Virus record (IMG/VR): IMGVR_UViG_3300036376_000009
Span: 25,895 to 89,894 of that record
Origin: a virus
Taxonomy: Duplodnaviria; Caudoviricetes
DNA length: 64,000 nucleotides
Reading direction: 5' to 3' (one strand)
Below are positions 31,938 through 41,578 of this stretch, piece by piece. Numbering within the stretch: position 1 is the stretch's first letter; each line of letters begins with the position of its first letter. The notes beneath the pieces are model-generated. The model saw only the letters and a list, made by a program, of their open reading frames with translations. It ran no database searches and had not been told where the DNA came from. Made by a program: the position numbers and the translations under genes.

Positions 31938-32422
31938 GCGTTGCTCCCGGTGAAGAACAGCGGGGCGGCCGACCGCTCCGCGGCGATCGCCCGGGCCTGT
32001 CGGTTGGCCTCACGCTTCGCGGCGCGGGCATCGAGCACGCTCTGCAACTCGGGCTCGTAGACCTGGACCGTTCCGAAATGGAGTGTGTGGCGGAAGGCGA
32101 AGGCGGTGAATGCGGGCTTGCCCGGGGGTGTGAACGCGTGCCCGTACTTCTGCCCGTACGCCCGCTCGGTCAGCAGGTCTCCCCAGCCCGGAACCCGCTC
32201 GGGCTCGATCCAGCCGCGGGCGTTGCGGTCCCAGTAATACGACAGCGGCGGGCGCTCGCCGAGCTTGTCCACCAGCAGCCACCGGCAGAAGTCGGGCTTG
32301 TCGCTCGTCGCGCCTTGGCACGCGGCGACGGCCTCCTCCCAGGTGCGACGGGACTTCTGCGCGAGTTCGTAGCGGAACTCGGGCACGCCGAAGATGGTCA
32401 AGGTGGCGAGCTTGCCGGGCAT
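31934..32422 (-). CDS. Hypothetical protein
   Basis: ATGA overlap with the MutS-I gene; aromatic-rich globular sequence. Confidence 0.6.
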   Translation of the reverse strand: MPGKLATLTIFGVPEFRYELAQKSRRTWEEAVAACQGATSDKPDFCRWLLVDKLGERPPLSYYWDRNARGWIEPERVPGWGDLLTERAYGQKYGHAFTPPGKPAFTAFAFRHTLHFGTVQVYEPELQSVLDARAAKREANRQARAIAAERSAAPLFFTGSNA

Positions 32423-32467
32423 AAGCCCCCGCCCCGGGCGTCAACCCGAGGCGGGAGGGAGAGGAGT

Positions 32468-33655
32468 TCAGCGGGTGGCCTGCAGGATCAGCCGCATGGC
32501 GGTGCGCTTCGCGGCGGCGCCCTCGCCCAGCAGCTTGAGATGGTCGCGGCGGGAGCCCTGCACCTTGGGGGAGCGGTTGTGGTCCATCCACTCGGTGACC
32601 GCGTTCAAGAGCGCCCAGGCGGTGCCGCCGATGCCGTCGATGCACTGCTCGGGGCGGTCCATCGCGGCCCGCCACTCGGCCAGGACCTTGGCCCGCTTCT
32701 CGGCGTAGGCCTCGCGATGCTCGAGCAGCTCGGGCTCAGCGCCGAAGATGGCCGAGTAGGCGGCATCGAAGTATTCGGCGCGGCTGGTGGCATCCATCGA
32801 GATCCCGGCCAGGCGCTGCGCGGTCTGCTCATACGTGGTCAGGCCCTTCGCCGCGATCCCCAGCACACGGCGAGCTTCGACCATGGCGGAGGCGATGTCG
32901 CCATCGTGCCGCACCCGGAACGCCGTCCCGGCCCGGACGCTCGCGTCGATCCCGCCGAGCGCTTGGGTGTAGGTGTTGTTGCAGACAACGCGGACCATGG
33001 TCCAGCAGGCGGAAAGCGCCATTGAACCATCGTGGGCATTGGAGAGCAGCAGATACGGGACGGTCTCATCCTCGCCGGACTTCCCGACGCGGACAGACTT
33101 GGGAGCCTTGACCAGGAGGAACACCTTACGGCCACCCAACAGCGAGCCGCAGGTTTCCATGGTCAGGGCCGCATCAGCGCCGACGAGGGCATCGGCGAAC
33201 CGGCCCAAGTCGACGTTCTGAACGATCCGGTAGCCGTCGCTCACCAGCCCGAGGACCTCGCCGGTATCGGACCGCACGTTGGCCCGCGCCGGCAGCTCGC
33301 GGCGCTCGCCGTTGACCTCGCAGAACACCGGCCGCGACTCGACCCACCAGCCGCAGAACCGCTTCATCGCGTCCTCGCCGGTCAGGTTGTCATCGATCAC
33401 CGTGCCCAGCCCGTGCCAACCGGGCACCCGAGCGAGGCCCAGCGAATCGGAGCGCGTGAGCTGGTGGTTCGTCACCGCCTCACGCACCGTGCGTGCGCCG
33501 CCGTACTCGGCCGCATCCGCCGTGATCACACGCACCCGCTCGACTTCGATGATGTCCCCACGCGCCTGGTCCGCGAGCTTCGCGTTGATGCTCGGAGAAA
33601 TCAGGGAGGAACCGCTGTCAGAACCAGCACCGGGAGAGAAAAGACCGCCCTTCAT
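32468..33655 (-). CDS. DUF932 (LGT_TIGR03299-like) protein
   Basis: WHGLG, VRSDT..VLG.VS..Y..VQN, YLLLSNAHDG, RVVCNNT, GTAWALLNAVTEW.DH. Confidence 0.9.
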   Translation of the reverse strand: MKGGLFSPGAGSDSGSSLISPSINAKLADQARGDIIEVERVRVITADAAEYGGARTVREAVTNHQLTRSDSLGLARVPGWHGLGTVIDDNLTGEDAMKRFCGWWVESRPVFCEVNGERRELPARANVRSDTGEVLGLVSDGYRIVQNVDLGRFADALVGADAALTMETCGSLLGGRKVFLLVKAPKSVRVGKSGEDETVPYLLLSNAHDGSMALSACWTMVRVVCNNTYTQALGGIDASVRAGTAFRVRHDGDIASAMVEARRVLGIAAKGLTTYEQTAQRLAGISMDATSRAEYFDAAYSAIFGAEPELLEHREAYAEKRAKVLAEWRAAMDRPEQCIDGIGGTAWALLNAVTEWMDHNRSPKVQGSRRDHLKLLGEGAAAKRTAMRLILQATR

Positions 33656-33736
33656 ATGCGACCACCTTTCGTGAATCAATGCGCCCCCCACCCCAACCCA
33701 TGCAGATTCCACAAGAATCCGCACGCTCATCGGTCA

Positions 33737-33764
33737 AATATACCCACGTTGGAAGTGCTGTCAA
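33737..33764 (-). promoter_or_regulatory. Leftward sigma70-type promoter for the DUF932 operon
   Basis: Minus strand TTGACA-N16-TATATT in an AT-rich patch. Confidence 0.65.
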
Positions 33765-34311
33765 CAGAATTTTAGAAAAATCGCCCAAGTGAGCGATTGC
33801 TACGGGATCACTGCCGGCATAACTGATTTGGGTTCATGACCTCCACCCCCGACATCGATGCGCTGCACGTGCTGGCGAAGGAACACCCCGAACTCATGCG
33901 GGATGCGGGGCCCGTGCCGCTGGTGTTCGAGATCACCGCCAGGCCGAACCCGCCGCCGCCCTACACGCCTTCGCCGCTTGACACCCCACGGCGCAAGGCG
34001 AGGCAGCGCCCGGCGAAGCGCACCGGGTGCCAGGGCGGGAGGCGCCGATAATGCGAGCAAAACCCAAACGAAGCACGCAGGCCACACCGGCCAACCAGCC
34101 CCGCAGCCGATGCCGCCACACGCGCCGGCAGCGCCAAGCGTGGCGGGCCTGGATGCTCGCCACCATCGGGGCGGCGGCCGACCGCTTCGAGCCCCCGTCG
34201 GATCTACCGTTGGAGTTCACGGGCTGCGCCGCCCCGCTTGACCGCCCCTCACTCCCGGGTAACCTGACAACGGTTGAGTGACCGCGTCCCGCCAGCACTG
34301 GCGAGGGCCCC

Positions 34312-34932
34312 GTGTCGCAATTCCCAGCATGGAACGCGGAGCCCACCCGGCTCGCCACCCGTCAAAGCCCCCTGATCATCGCTCGCACCGCCGACGGGGC
34401 CAGGACCGTCACGCTCTCCACCGCCCTCCCCACCGCCGACACCTACGCCCACACGATCAACCTCTCCGACTGGGCCACCGAACTTGGCGCCGCCGGACGG
34501 TGGTACGTCCCGGCCCACGCGCATCAGCTCGCCATCTTCTGCCCATACGGCGGCGGTAGCGACAACACCACCGTCAACCTCGCCATCTGGTCCGTCGAGC
34601 CCCTGATTGACCCGCTCGCCGCCGCCGACGCCGCCCCCACCGAGTTCGTCGCGCACCACCAGCTGTCGCTGTCCTGCACCTTGGGCCAGGCGCTGGTGGC
34701 GGCCGGCAGCCGCCACATCCCCGCGAAGCCGGGGCTCACCTACCGCTGGGCGGACACCATCACCATTTCCACCAACCAGACGTTCCGCACCGGCAACGCC
34801 GCCAGCTACGGCGGGTCCGGCACCAACGGCGTGGGCGCGAACGGCCACGACGCGCTCGGCCCGGTCGGGTACATCGTCGTCGGCCGCGTTGGCACCGCCA
34901 CCGAGGTCGGTCTCGCCTACCGGTTCGCGTGA
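34312..34932 (+). CDS. Putative virion-associated protein
   Basis: Beta-rich Thr/Gly composition; first long gene of the late operon. Confidence 0.55.
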   Translation: MSQFPAWNAEPTRLATRQSPLIIARTADGARTVTLSTALPTADTYAHTINLSDWATELGAAGRWYVPAHAHQLAIFCPYGGGSDNTTVNLAIWSVEPLIDPLAAADAAPTEFVAHHQLSLSCTLGQALVAAGSRHIPAKPGLTYRWADTITISTNQTFRTGNAASYGGSGTNGVGANGHDALGPVGYIVVGRVGTATEVGLAYRFA

Positions 34933-34944
34933 ACTGGGGGCCGG

Positions 34945-34981
34945 TGCACCACCCTGCACCACTTTGCATCACTTTGCACCA
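34945..34981 (+). repeat. Four TGCA(C/T)CA repeats at 10-bp period
   Basis: Starts at 34945, 34955, 34965, 34975; ends at the AGGAG RBS (34981). Confidence 0.75.
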
Positions 34982-34993
34982 GGAGCAGCAACC

Positions 34994-35242
34994 GTGGCCA
35001 GAATCATCACCATCAATGGCATCGTCAACCCGCCCAACGGCCCGCTCGTCATCGACTACACGTATGACGGCAACACCCAGATGATCGAGTTCACCGACAA
35101 GGACACGGCCATCAGCCGCGCCAACGAGCTCACGCCCCAGGGCGAGGGCGCGCTCTGCGAGGCCCTGCGCAAGCAGATGGAGACGGACCCGCAGCTCAAC
35201 AGCATCAACGCGATGATCAACCAGTCCTACACCATCCAGTAA
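34994..35242 (+). CDS. Small hypothetical phage protein
   Basis: AGGAG RBS, GTG start, strong codon bias. Confidence 0.65.
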   Translation: MARIITINGIVNPPNGPLVIDYTYDGNTQMIEFTDKDTAISRANELTPQGEGALCEALRKQMETDPQLNSINAMINQSYTIQ

Positions 35243-35297
35243 TCGCGGCCCCGGACGGTCACCGCGGTACGCGCACGCCGATTCCCGAGAATCCACT

Positions 35298-36347
35298 ATG
35301 CCCGACTCCATGCAGCTGCTCATCAACCCGGGCCGGGCGTGGCCGCTGGGCGTCGTCGGCGGCAACTCCAAGGCCGGGCAGATCCTGTCGGCGGACTACA
35401 CCGCCGGCAGCCTGGGCACGGCGTGCGCGTACCGCTTCATCCCGCCCAAGTCCGGCATCATCACCAAGCTCGCGTACTTCATCACCGCCCGCGCCGGCAC
35501 CCCGCCCAACAGCGTGCTCGAGATCCGCCAGCACTCCGGCTCGACCGTGCCCGTCGTCACCGCGCCGGGGCTGTTCGCGTCGCAGACCGTCACTCCGCCC
35601 GGGGCGACCACGACCTGGACGCAGCTCACGCTGTCCACGCCCCAGGCCGTCACCCAGTCCACCCCCATCTGGTTCGTGTTCGCCACGCCGACCGGGGCTA
35701 GCGCCGGCAACTCGATCAGCATCGCCACCAACGGCGGGCCCACCGCGTTTGACAACGCGGGCGCGATCCTCGCCGCGGTCACGTCGTCCAACGGATTCTC
35801 CACCGGCTCCGTCGTTGTCGGCACGCCGCCCGTGGTATTCCAGTACGACGACGGCACGGTTGTGGGCTACCCGTACACCACCAACGCGAACTACACCAGC
35901 AACACCCTGCGCCGCGGGCTCAAGCTCACGCCGCTCACGATGCCCCTGACCGTGTCGGGCGTGAACGTGAACTCCGGGGCCAGCATCACCGCCATCGAGG
36001 TGTACAACGAGGGCAGTCCGCCCGGCAGCCCGATCATCTCACGTTCGGTCACCGGCTCGATCGCCATCCAGGCGGCGACGTTCGAACCGTTCGTGCTCGA
36101 TCCCGGCATGGGATCGGTGCGCATCGTGTGCACCTTCTCCACCAACTCGACCGCCCCAGGCTACCTGCTCAGCGAGGACTACGCCGCCAACGCCGCTTTC
36201 CTCGGCCCGTGCCGCTTCGGCGGCGGATGGTGCAGCACGATCGACGACGGCGCGGGAGGATGGACCGACGAGCAGGACCGGCTCCCGCGGCTGGCGCTGC
36301 TTGTGGACACACCGACGCCCCAATACCTGCCCTGGACGTTCCGGTGA
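35298..36347 (+). CDS. Putative virion structural protein (homolog of 9971..11005)
   Basis: PKSGIITKL and WTDEQDRL motifs. Confidence 0.6.
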   Translation: MPDSMQLLINPGRAWPLGVVGGNSKAGQILSADYTAGSLGTACAYRFIPPKSGIITKLAYFITARAGTPPNSVLEIRQHSGSTVPVVTAPGLFASQTVTPPGATTTWTQLTLSTPQAVTQSTPIWFVFATPTGASAGNSISIATNGGPTAFDNAGAILAAVTSSNGFSTGSVVVGTPPVVFQYDDGTVVGYPYTTNANYTSNTLRRGLKLTPLTMPLTVSGVNVNSGASITAIEVYNEGSPPGSPIISRSVTGSIAIQAATFEPFVLDPGMGSVRIVCTFSTNSTAPGYLLSEDYAANAAFLGPCRFGGGWCSTIDDGAGGWTDEQDRLPRLALLVDTPTPQYLPWTFR

Positions 36348-36757
36348 GCACCACGCCACACAAGCCCGACCCCAACGACCCCATCCCGCACCGGCCCCCG
36401 CGCCAGAGCGATATCGCCGCGGCCCGGCTCAAGATGCCGCCCGGTCTCCCCAAGGACGCCCGCAAGCAGATTGCCGCCACGGCCCGCGACTTCTTCGCGT
36501 CCCGCCTGCCCGGCGCCCGCGCCATCGTGGACAAATGCCTGGACCCGACCACGCCCGATGTCAACATGCTCACCCGGCTCATGGCCGCGCAGCTGGTCTT
36601 TGAGTACTGCTTCGGCAAGCCCAAGGTGATGCTGTCGGTGACCACGAACAACGAGCACGTCCGACAGCTGCTCGATGCGTTCGATGCCGCGCGGCTCGCC
36701 CAGCTATCATCGTCCGACCAGCGGGAACCTACCGGGCAACAGGACGACCGCAGTTGA
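36344..36757 (+). CDS. Probable terminase small subunit
   Basis: Position upstream of TerL; helical; FEYCFGKPK resembles TerS C-termini. Confidence 0.55.
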   Translation: MSTTPHKPDPNDPIPHRPPRQSDIAAARLKMPPGLPKDARKQIAATARDFFASRLPGARAIVDKCLDPTTPDVNMLTRLMAAQLVFEYCFGKPKVMLSVTTNNEHVRQLLDAFDAARLAQLSSSDQREPTGQQDDRS

Positions 36758-37158
36758 AGAAGTTCATTCTGACCAACGAATCGGCGCAGGTCACGCTCCA
36801 GACCACAACCCTGCTTTCCCTCGCCGCGGCCACCGCACGCGACCGCTTCGCGCAGGCGCTGCAGGTGCACGGCCAGGCCCAGGCCGCGTCCCGCGTGGCC
36901 CTTCCCGAGCCGGTGGCGGGCCGGATGCACGGCGTGGCCGGATCCATCAACGGGCGTGCTCATCAGCAGGTCGCCGCGGGCCCGTCGCCGCGGGAGCAGC
37001 TCCAGGCCCTGTCCGGCCAGCTGCTCAACGACGCCATGACCGAGATGCAGAACGCTCTGGTGCTCGCGAGCCAGTTGCAGCAGATCCTTGCCGGCATGGA
37101 GGGTGGCGGCCATGGCGACGCCGGCGGAAACGGCGGCCCCAAGCTCGCCTCCGAATAA
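36754..37158 (+). CDS. Hypothetical protein between TerS and TerL
   Basis: Overlaps both neighbours. Confidence 0.5.
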   Translation: MKKFILTNESAQVTLQTTTLLSLAAATARDRFAQALQVHGQAQAASRVALPEPVAGRMHGVAGSINGRAHQQVAAGPSPREQLQALSGQLLNDAMTEMQNALVLASQLQQILAGMEGGGHGDAGGNGGPKLASE

Positions 37159-39178
37159 CCCCGGCGGGGGCGGTGGCCGGATCGCGCGCCTGCCCCCGCT
37201 GGTGCACCCGCCCGGCTACGGGATCAACATCCCGACCGAGTCCGGGCCGGTATTCGTCACGATCCCGAAAGACCTGGACGCCAACGTCGCGTGGCGGCGT
37301 GATCTGCTCGAACGGATCAGCACCAGCGACGAGTGGGCGCAGCTCTTCCGGAAGGCTGTCTCCGCGCCCTGTGTGGAAGCGCTGCTCTTCTGGCTCAACG
37401 CCTTCGTTTGGACCTTCCGCGTGCAGTACGTCGACGCCAAGGGCGTGGACCGCACCATCACCGACGGGGCCAACGACTGGCCGTTCGTCACGTGGGTGTT
37501 CCAGGACCGGGCCATCCGCCGGCTGTACGAGGCGATCACCAAGCCCCATGACCTGGTGCTCGACAAGTACCGCAACGCGGGCGCATCGTGGCTCATCGTC
37601 GCGGTGTTCACCTGGTTCTTCCTGTACCAGCGGGGCAGCAACTTCATGCTGGTCTCGCGCAAGGAGGCGCTGGTCGACAACCCCGGTGACCCGGACACCC
37701 TCTTCTGGAAGATCGACTACATCCTGCAGCACCTGCCCCCCGCGCTGGTGCCTTCGTGCAAGCGCACGTTCCTCAAGATCATCAACGCCGAGACCGGATC
37801 CACCATCATCGGCCAGGCGTCCACGGGGGACGTCGGGCACGGCGGCCGAAAGACCGCGGTGCTGTTTGACGAGGTGGCGCTGATGCGCGAGGCCCGCGAA
37901 GCGTGGACCGGTGCTGGCCGCACCACCAACTGCCGCATCGGCAACAGCACGCCCCACGGCTGGACGTTCCACAGCGAGCTCGTCCACTCGGGCAAAGTGC
38001 CGGTGCTCGCCATCGACTTCTGGGAACACCCCGAGTTCGGACGTGGGCGATACGAGTACGTCGAGCCCGCCACCGGCGCGATCAAGATCAGCAGCCCGTG
38101 GCGCGATCGCGAGTGCGCCCGGGCCGTGAGCAAGCGGGAAATCGCCGAGAACATCGACCGTGACCACGCCGGCGCCGGGATGATGTTCTTCGACACCGAC
38201 CAGATCACCCGCCACCTGCACGGGCGCGTGCCGCCGATCTACGTCGGGCACATCTGCCCGATGCGGCCGCACCACGACGAGCACTCCGCCGCGCGGGCGC
38301 CGAACATCGACGCCGAGGACGCGGTTCACAACATCGACGACCCGTGGCGATGGTCGGCGTGGTACGACAACCCGCCGCGGCCGTACACGGGCCAGACGCC
38401 GTGGACCCTGTTCTGTGAGCTGTTCCCCGACCAAGAGACGGGCCTGTACCGCCCCAACCAGAACCGCACGTACGTGTTCGGCTGCGACATCGGCTTCGGC
38501 GTGGAGGCGTCGCTCAGCACGTGCACCGTGTTCGAGGCGGAGACCGGCCAGCAGGTGGCGCAGTTCGCCTCCGCCGCGTATTCCCCCGACGAGTTCGCGC
38601 GACTCATGGCCTACGCGGGGCGATGGTTCGGGGGCGGGCCCGGCGGCGCGGCGTTCATCGCGTGGGAGTCCAACGGCGGCCAGGGCCGGAACTTCGGCAC
38701 CATGCTGCGACGAACACTGGGCTACCCGTGGCTGTACTACTTCACCCCGACCGATCGAGACGGGGCCAAGGCCACCAAGCGCTGGGGCTGGCACTCGGAC
38801 CGGAACACGAAGAACGAGCTGTTGACCCAGCTGCGCGGCAAGATGGCCAGGGACGAAGTCAAGCTGCACTGCGAGAAGCTGCTCGCCGAGCAGAGGACGT
38901 ACGTGTTCCTGGACGACGGCTCCGTCGGGCCGCAGAGCCTGGTCCAGGAGGAGCCCGCCGCGCGGGCGGTGCACGGGGACCGCACCATCGGATGCGCGAT
39001 CGCCGCCATGGCGCTCGAATCGGTCGGCCGCTGCCCGGCCAAGCGCCGCCGGGCCCCGGTCGGTTCGCTCGCGTGGCGCCTGCAGCGCCGTGTCGACGAG
39101 CACGGAGACGAGGTCGACCCTGTTGCGGAACTCGAGGACGGTGCGGATTCCGACGACGACGGCGGGCGGCTCACTTGA
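37088..39178 (+). CDS. Terminase large subunit
   Basis: KYRNAGASW Walker A-like, VLFDE Walker B, NSTPHG, FGCDIG RNase H motif, HGDRTI. Start may be ATG at 37112. Confidence 0.9.
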   Translation: MPAWRVAAMATPAETAAPSSPPNNPGGGGGRIARLPPLVHPPGYGINIPTESGPVFVTIPKDLDANVAWRRDLLERISTSDEWAQLFRKAVSAPCVEALLFWLNAFVWTFRVQYVDAKGVDRTITDGANDWPFVTWVFQDRAIRRLYEAITKPHDLVLDKYRNAGASWLIVAVFTWFFLYQRGSNFMLVSRKEALVDNPGDPDTLFWKIDYILQHLPPALVPSCKRTFLKIINAETGSTIIGQASTGDVGHGGRKTAVLFDEVALMREAREAWTGAGRTTNCRIGNSTPHGWTFHSELVHSGKVPVLAIDFWEHPEFGRGRYEYVEPATGAIKISSPWRDRECARAVSKREIAENIDRDHAGAGMMFFDTDQITRHLHGRVPPIYVGHICPMRPHHDEHSAARAPNIDAEDAVHNIDDPWRWSAWYDNPPRPYTGQTPWTLFCELFPDQETGLYRPNQNRTYVFGCDIGFGVEASLSTCTVFEAETGQQVAQFASAAYSPDEFARLMAYAGRWFGGGPGGAAFIAWESNGGQGRNFGTMLRRTLGYPWLYYFTPTDRDGAKATKRWGWHSDRNTKNELLTQLRGKMARDEVKLHCEKLLAEQRTYVFLDDGSVGPQSLVQEEPAARAVHGDRTIGCAIAAMALESVGRCPAKRRRAPVGSLAWRLQRRVDEHGDEVDPVAELEDGADSDDDGGRLT

Positions 39179-39212
39179 CCCGGGGTCACTTGGGGGTAAC
39201 GTGCGCCGGTGA

Positions 39213-41150
39213 GTGACCCCGTCCCCACGGACTGCCCCCGTGCCGGACATTCTCACCGCTCAGAAGCTCGGGGAAGGTGTGCGCAGATGCGACGAACGCA
39301 TGAGCTGGTTCCGCGCGCAGGGGGCTGAGAACGTCCGCAAGATCGTCGGCCGTCACTACTCCGAGGAGACGGCGAGCGAGCCCGAATCCCCGCTCAACCT
39401 TCTCGGGATCGGCGCCAAAGTCATGCTGTCGCGGCTTGCCGGCCGCGCACCCGCCCACGACGTGAGCGTGCGGGGCGACTTCTCGCTCCGCGGCCGAGCC
39501 CGGGCCGCCGGCATGGTCATCCGCCAGCTGGACGAGGAGCTCGACCGGGCCGCGATCATGCGAGAGGTCACCTTCGACGCTCTCGTCCGCCGCATCGGCA
39601 TCGTCAAGATCGGAGTGCGCGAGGGCCAGGACCTGGTCACCATTTCCGGCCGCGTGTACGACCCGGGCAAGACGTACATCAAGCGGATCGACCCCGACGA
39701 CTGGGTATTTGACACCACCGCGACCAGCCGTTCGGCGTGGGCGTGGGAGGGACACCGCTACCGCGTGTGCCGATCGGTCGCGATTGAGAGCGGGCTGTTC
39801 AACCCCGACCTGATCGTCGACGTTCCCAGCGTCACCGAAACCGCCCGGATGCTCCCCGACCGCGAGACCGAGTGGCTCTCGATGCCGCGGCTCGATGACG
39901 AGGACGCATGGCTCTCGGCTCACATCGAGCTGCTCGACATCTGCCTCTACAACGACGACGTTTCGTACATCGTCACCCTTCCCAGCCACCCCAGCTGGGC
40001 CCACGACTACCTGCGGATCACCGAGTACGAGGGCCCCGAGCGCGGTCCGTACGAGCACCTGGTCTTTGATTCCATCCCCAACAACGCCATCCCGAATTGC
40101 TGGGCCAACGACGCTCGCGACGCCTCCGACGCCGCGCGCCGAGTGGTCACCAAGCACGTCGAGGCCGTCGAAAACCGCAAGGACATCAACCTGCACAAGA
40201 AGGGCGTCGTCTCCGAGAAGGAGATGAAGCGCATGGCCAGCGCAAAGCACGGCGCGCACCTGGCCGTGACGGATCCCGGCGCGACCAAGCGGGTGTCCAG
40301 CGCCGGAACGCTCCCTGACATCGTGCCGACCATCGCTCTGCTCGGCGAGTTCTTCAACAAGAGCGCCAACAACCCCGACCTGCTTTCCGGCACCGACGCC
40401 GACGGAGGCACCGCCACGAAGTACGCCGGCCAGTCCGGACACGCGGAGCGGCTGATCGGGGCGATGGAGAGCATCAAGGAGGCGTTCGACGCGCGCGTCA
40501 CCAAGCGGCTGATGTGGTGGGAGGTGACCAACCCGCTTCCCAACGCCCAGCGTCAGGTGACCGTGCGGCTGCCTGGCGGTCAGGAGTTCCAGACCAAGTT
40601 CGACCCGACCACGAAGGACGGAGACGCGATCGACTTCCAGTTCCGCATCCGGCCCCGGTCGAACGAGCAGCTCGACCCGCACGTCCGCACGGCCCGAGTG
40701 CTCGAAGCCGTCGGCCAGGTCGCGAGCCTTGCCGAGATGGCGATGGTGACCCAGGGCCTGATCGACCCTGTCGCCGGCGCCCGCGTCATCGCCGCGGAGA
40801 CCGGGTTCGACGAGCTCACCGAGATCGTCCGCGACCCGCAGATGCTCATGGAGCAGATCGGGGCGATGCAGCAGGTAACGCCGCCGATGCAGCCGGGTAT
40901 GCCGCAGCCCGTCCCGGGCATGCAAAACCCCGGCTACGGCCTTCAGCCGGTTCCGAGCGGCCCGGGCGTGCCAGGGACGGCGCAGCCCGGGCCCGCCATG
41001 TACGGGGCCGGCGGAGCGTTCGGCGGAGCCATGCGCGGACCCGGCCGGATGCGCTCGGCGCTGGGCCGCCGGCCCGCGCAGTCACCCGTCGGGGCCGCCA
41101 CGCGGCCGTTCCAGGCGACCGCCGCGCCATCGCCACGGAGGGCCGTGTGA
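39213..41150 (+). CDS. Portal protein (P22-like)
   Basis: Directly follows TerL; size and low-complexity Q/P/G/M C-terminal tail typical of podovirus portals. Confidence 0.75.
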   Translation: MTPSPRTAPVPDILTAQKLGEGVRRCDERMSWFRAQGAENVRKIVGRHYSEETASEPESPLNLLGIGAKVMLSRLAGRAPAHDVSVRGDFSLRGRARAAGMVIRQLDEELDRAAIMREVTFDALVRRIGIVKIGVREGQDLVTISGRVYDPGKTYIKRIDPDDWVFDTTATSRSAWAWEGHRYRVCRSVAIESGLFNPDLIVDVPSVTETARMLPDRETEWLSMPRLDDEDAWLSAHIELLDICLYNDDVSYIVTLPSHPSWAHDYLRITEYEGPERGPYEHLVFDSIPNNAIPNCWANDARDASDAARRVVTKHVEAVENRKDINLHKKGVVSEKEMKRMASAKHGAHLAVTDPGATKRVSSAGTLPDIVPTIALLGEFFNKSANNPDLLSGTDADGGTATKYAGQSGHAERLIGAMESIKEAFDARVTKRLMWWEVTNPLPNAQRQVTVRLPGGQEFQTKFDPTTKDGDAIDFQFRIRPRSNEQLDPHVRTARVLEAVGQVASLAEMAMVTQGLIDPVAGARVIAAETGFDELTEIVRDPQMLMEQIGAMQQVTPPMQPGMPQPVPGMQNPGYGLQPVPSGPGVPGTAQPGPAMYGAGGAFGGAMRGPGRMRSALGRRPAQSPVGAATRPFQATAAPSPRRAV

Positions 41151-41578
41151 TGCCCTGCTACGCACTCAAATGCCAGGCATGCGGCCACCGCTTCGAGACC
41201 TTCGCCAAGAGCGACGAGCGTTATCTCATCCCTTGCACCAACTGCGGGGAGCGGAACCTCGACACCGACTGGGATCGCAACGGCGCCCCGGCCACCAACA
41301 TCCGTGAGTGGCACGGCCTTGAGCAGCTTGACCTTGGGATGAAGTTTGACCCGTCCGCGCTGGGCCGGCTCAAGCGCGATGTACCCGACCTGGAGCTGGA
41401 CGAGCGGGGCTTCGTGAAGTTCCGCGACAACCAGCACCAGCGTCGCGTCTACCGGCAGATGAACGCGGCCGTGCAGCGGCAGAAGCAACAGGACGCAGAC
41501 CGCGGGCTCGAGGTGGCGACCGCCGCCGAAGGCCCCCCGACGTGCCCCACGGCACAGGAGATCTTCGGCGATGAATAG
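41150..41578 (+). CDS. FmdB-like zinc-ribbon protein
   Basis: MPCYALKCQACGHRFE...CTNCG. Confidence 0.8.
   Translation: MPCYALKCQACGHRFETFAKSDERYLIPCTNCGERNLDTDWDRNGAPATNIREWHGLEQLDLGMKFDPSALGRLKRDVPDLELDERGFVKFRDNQHQRRVYRQMNAAVQRQKQQDADRGLEVATAAEGPPTCPTAQEIFGDE

Noticed and set aside
33800-34311. Short ORFs (33836..34051, 34051..34281) at the start of the late region
   Set aside because: May be real, but no motif or clear RBS evidence to support a call.
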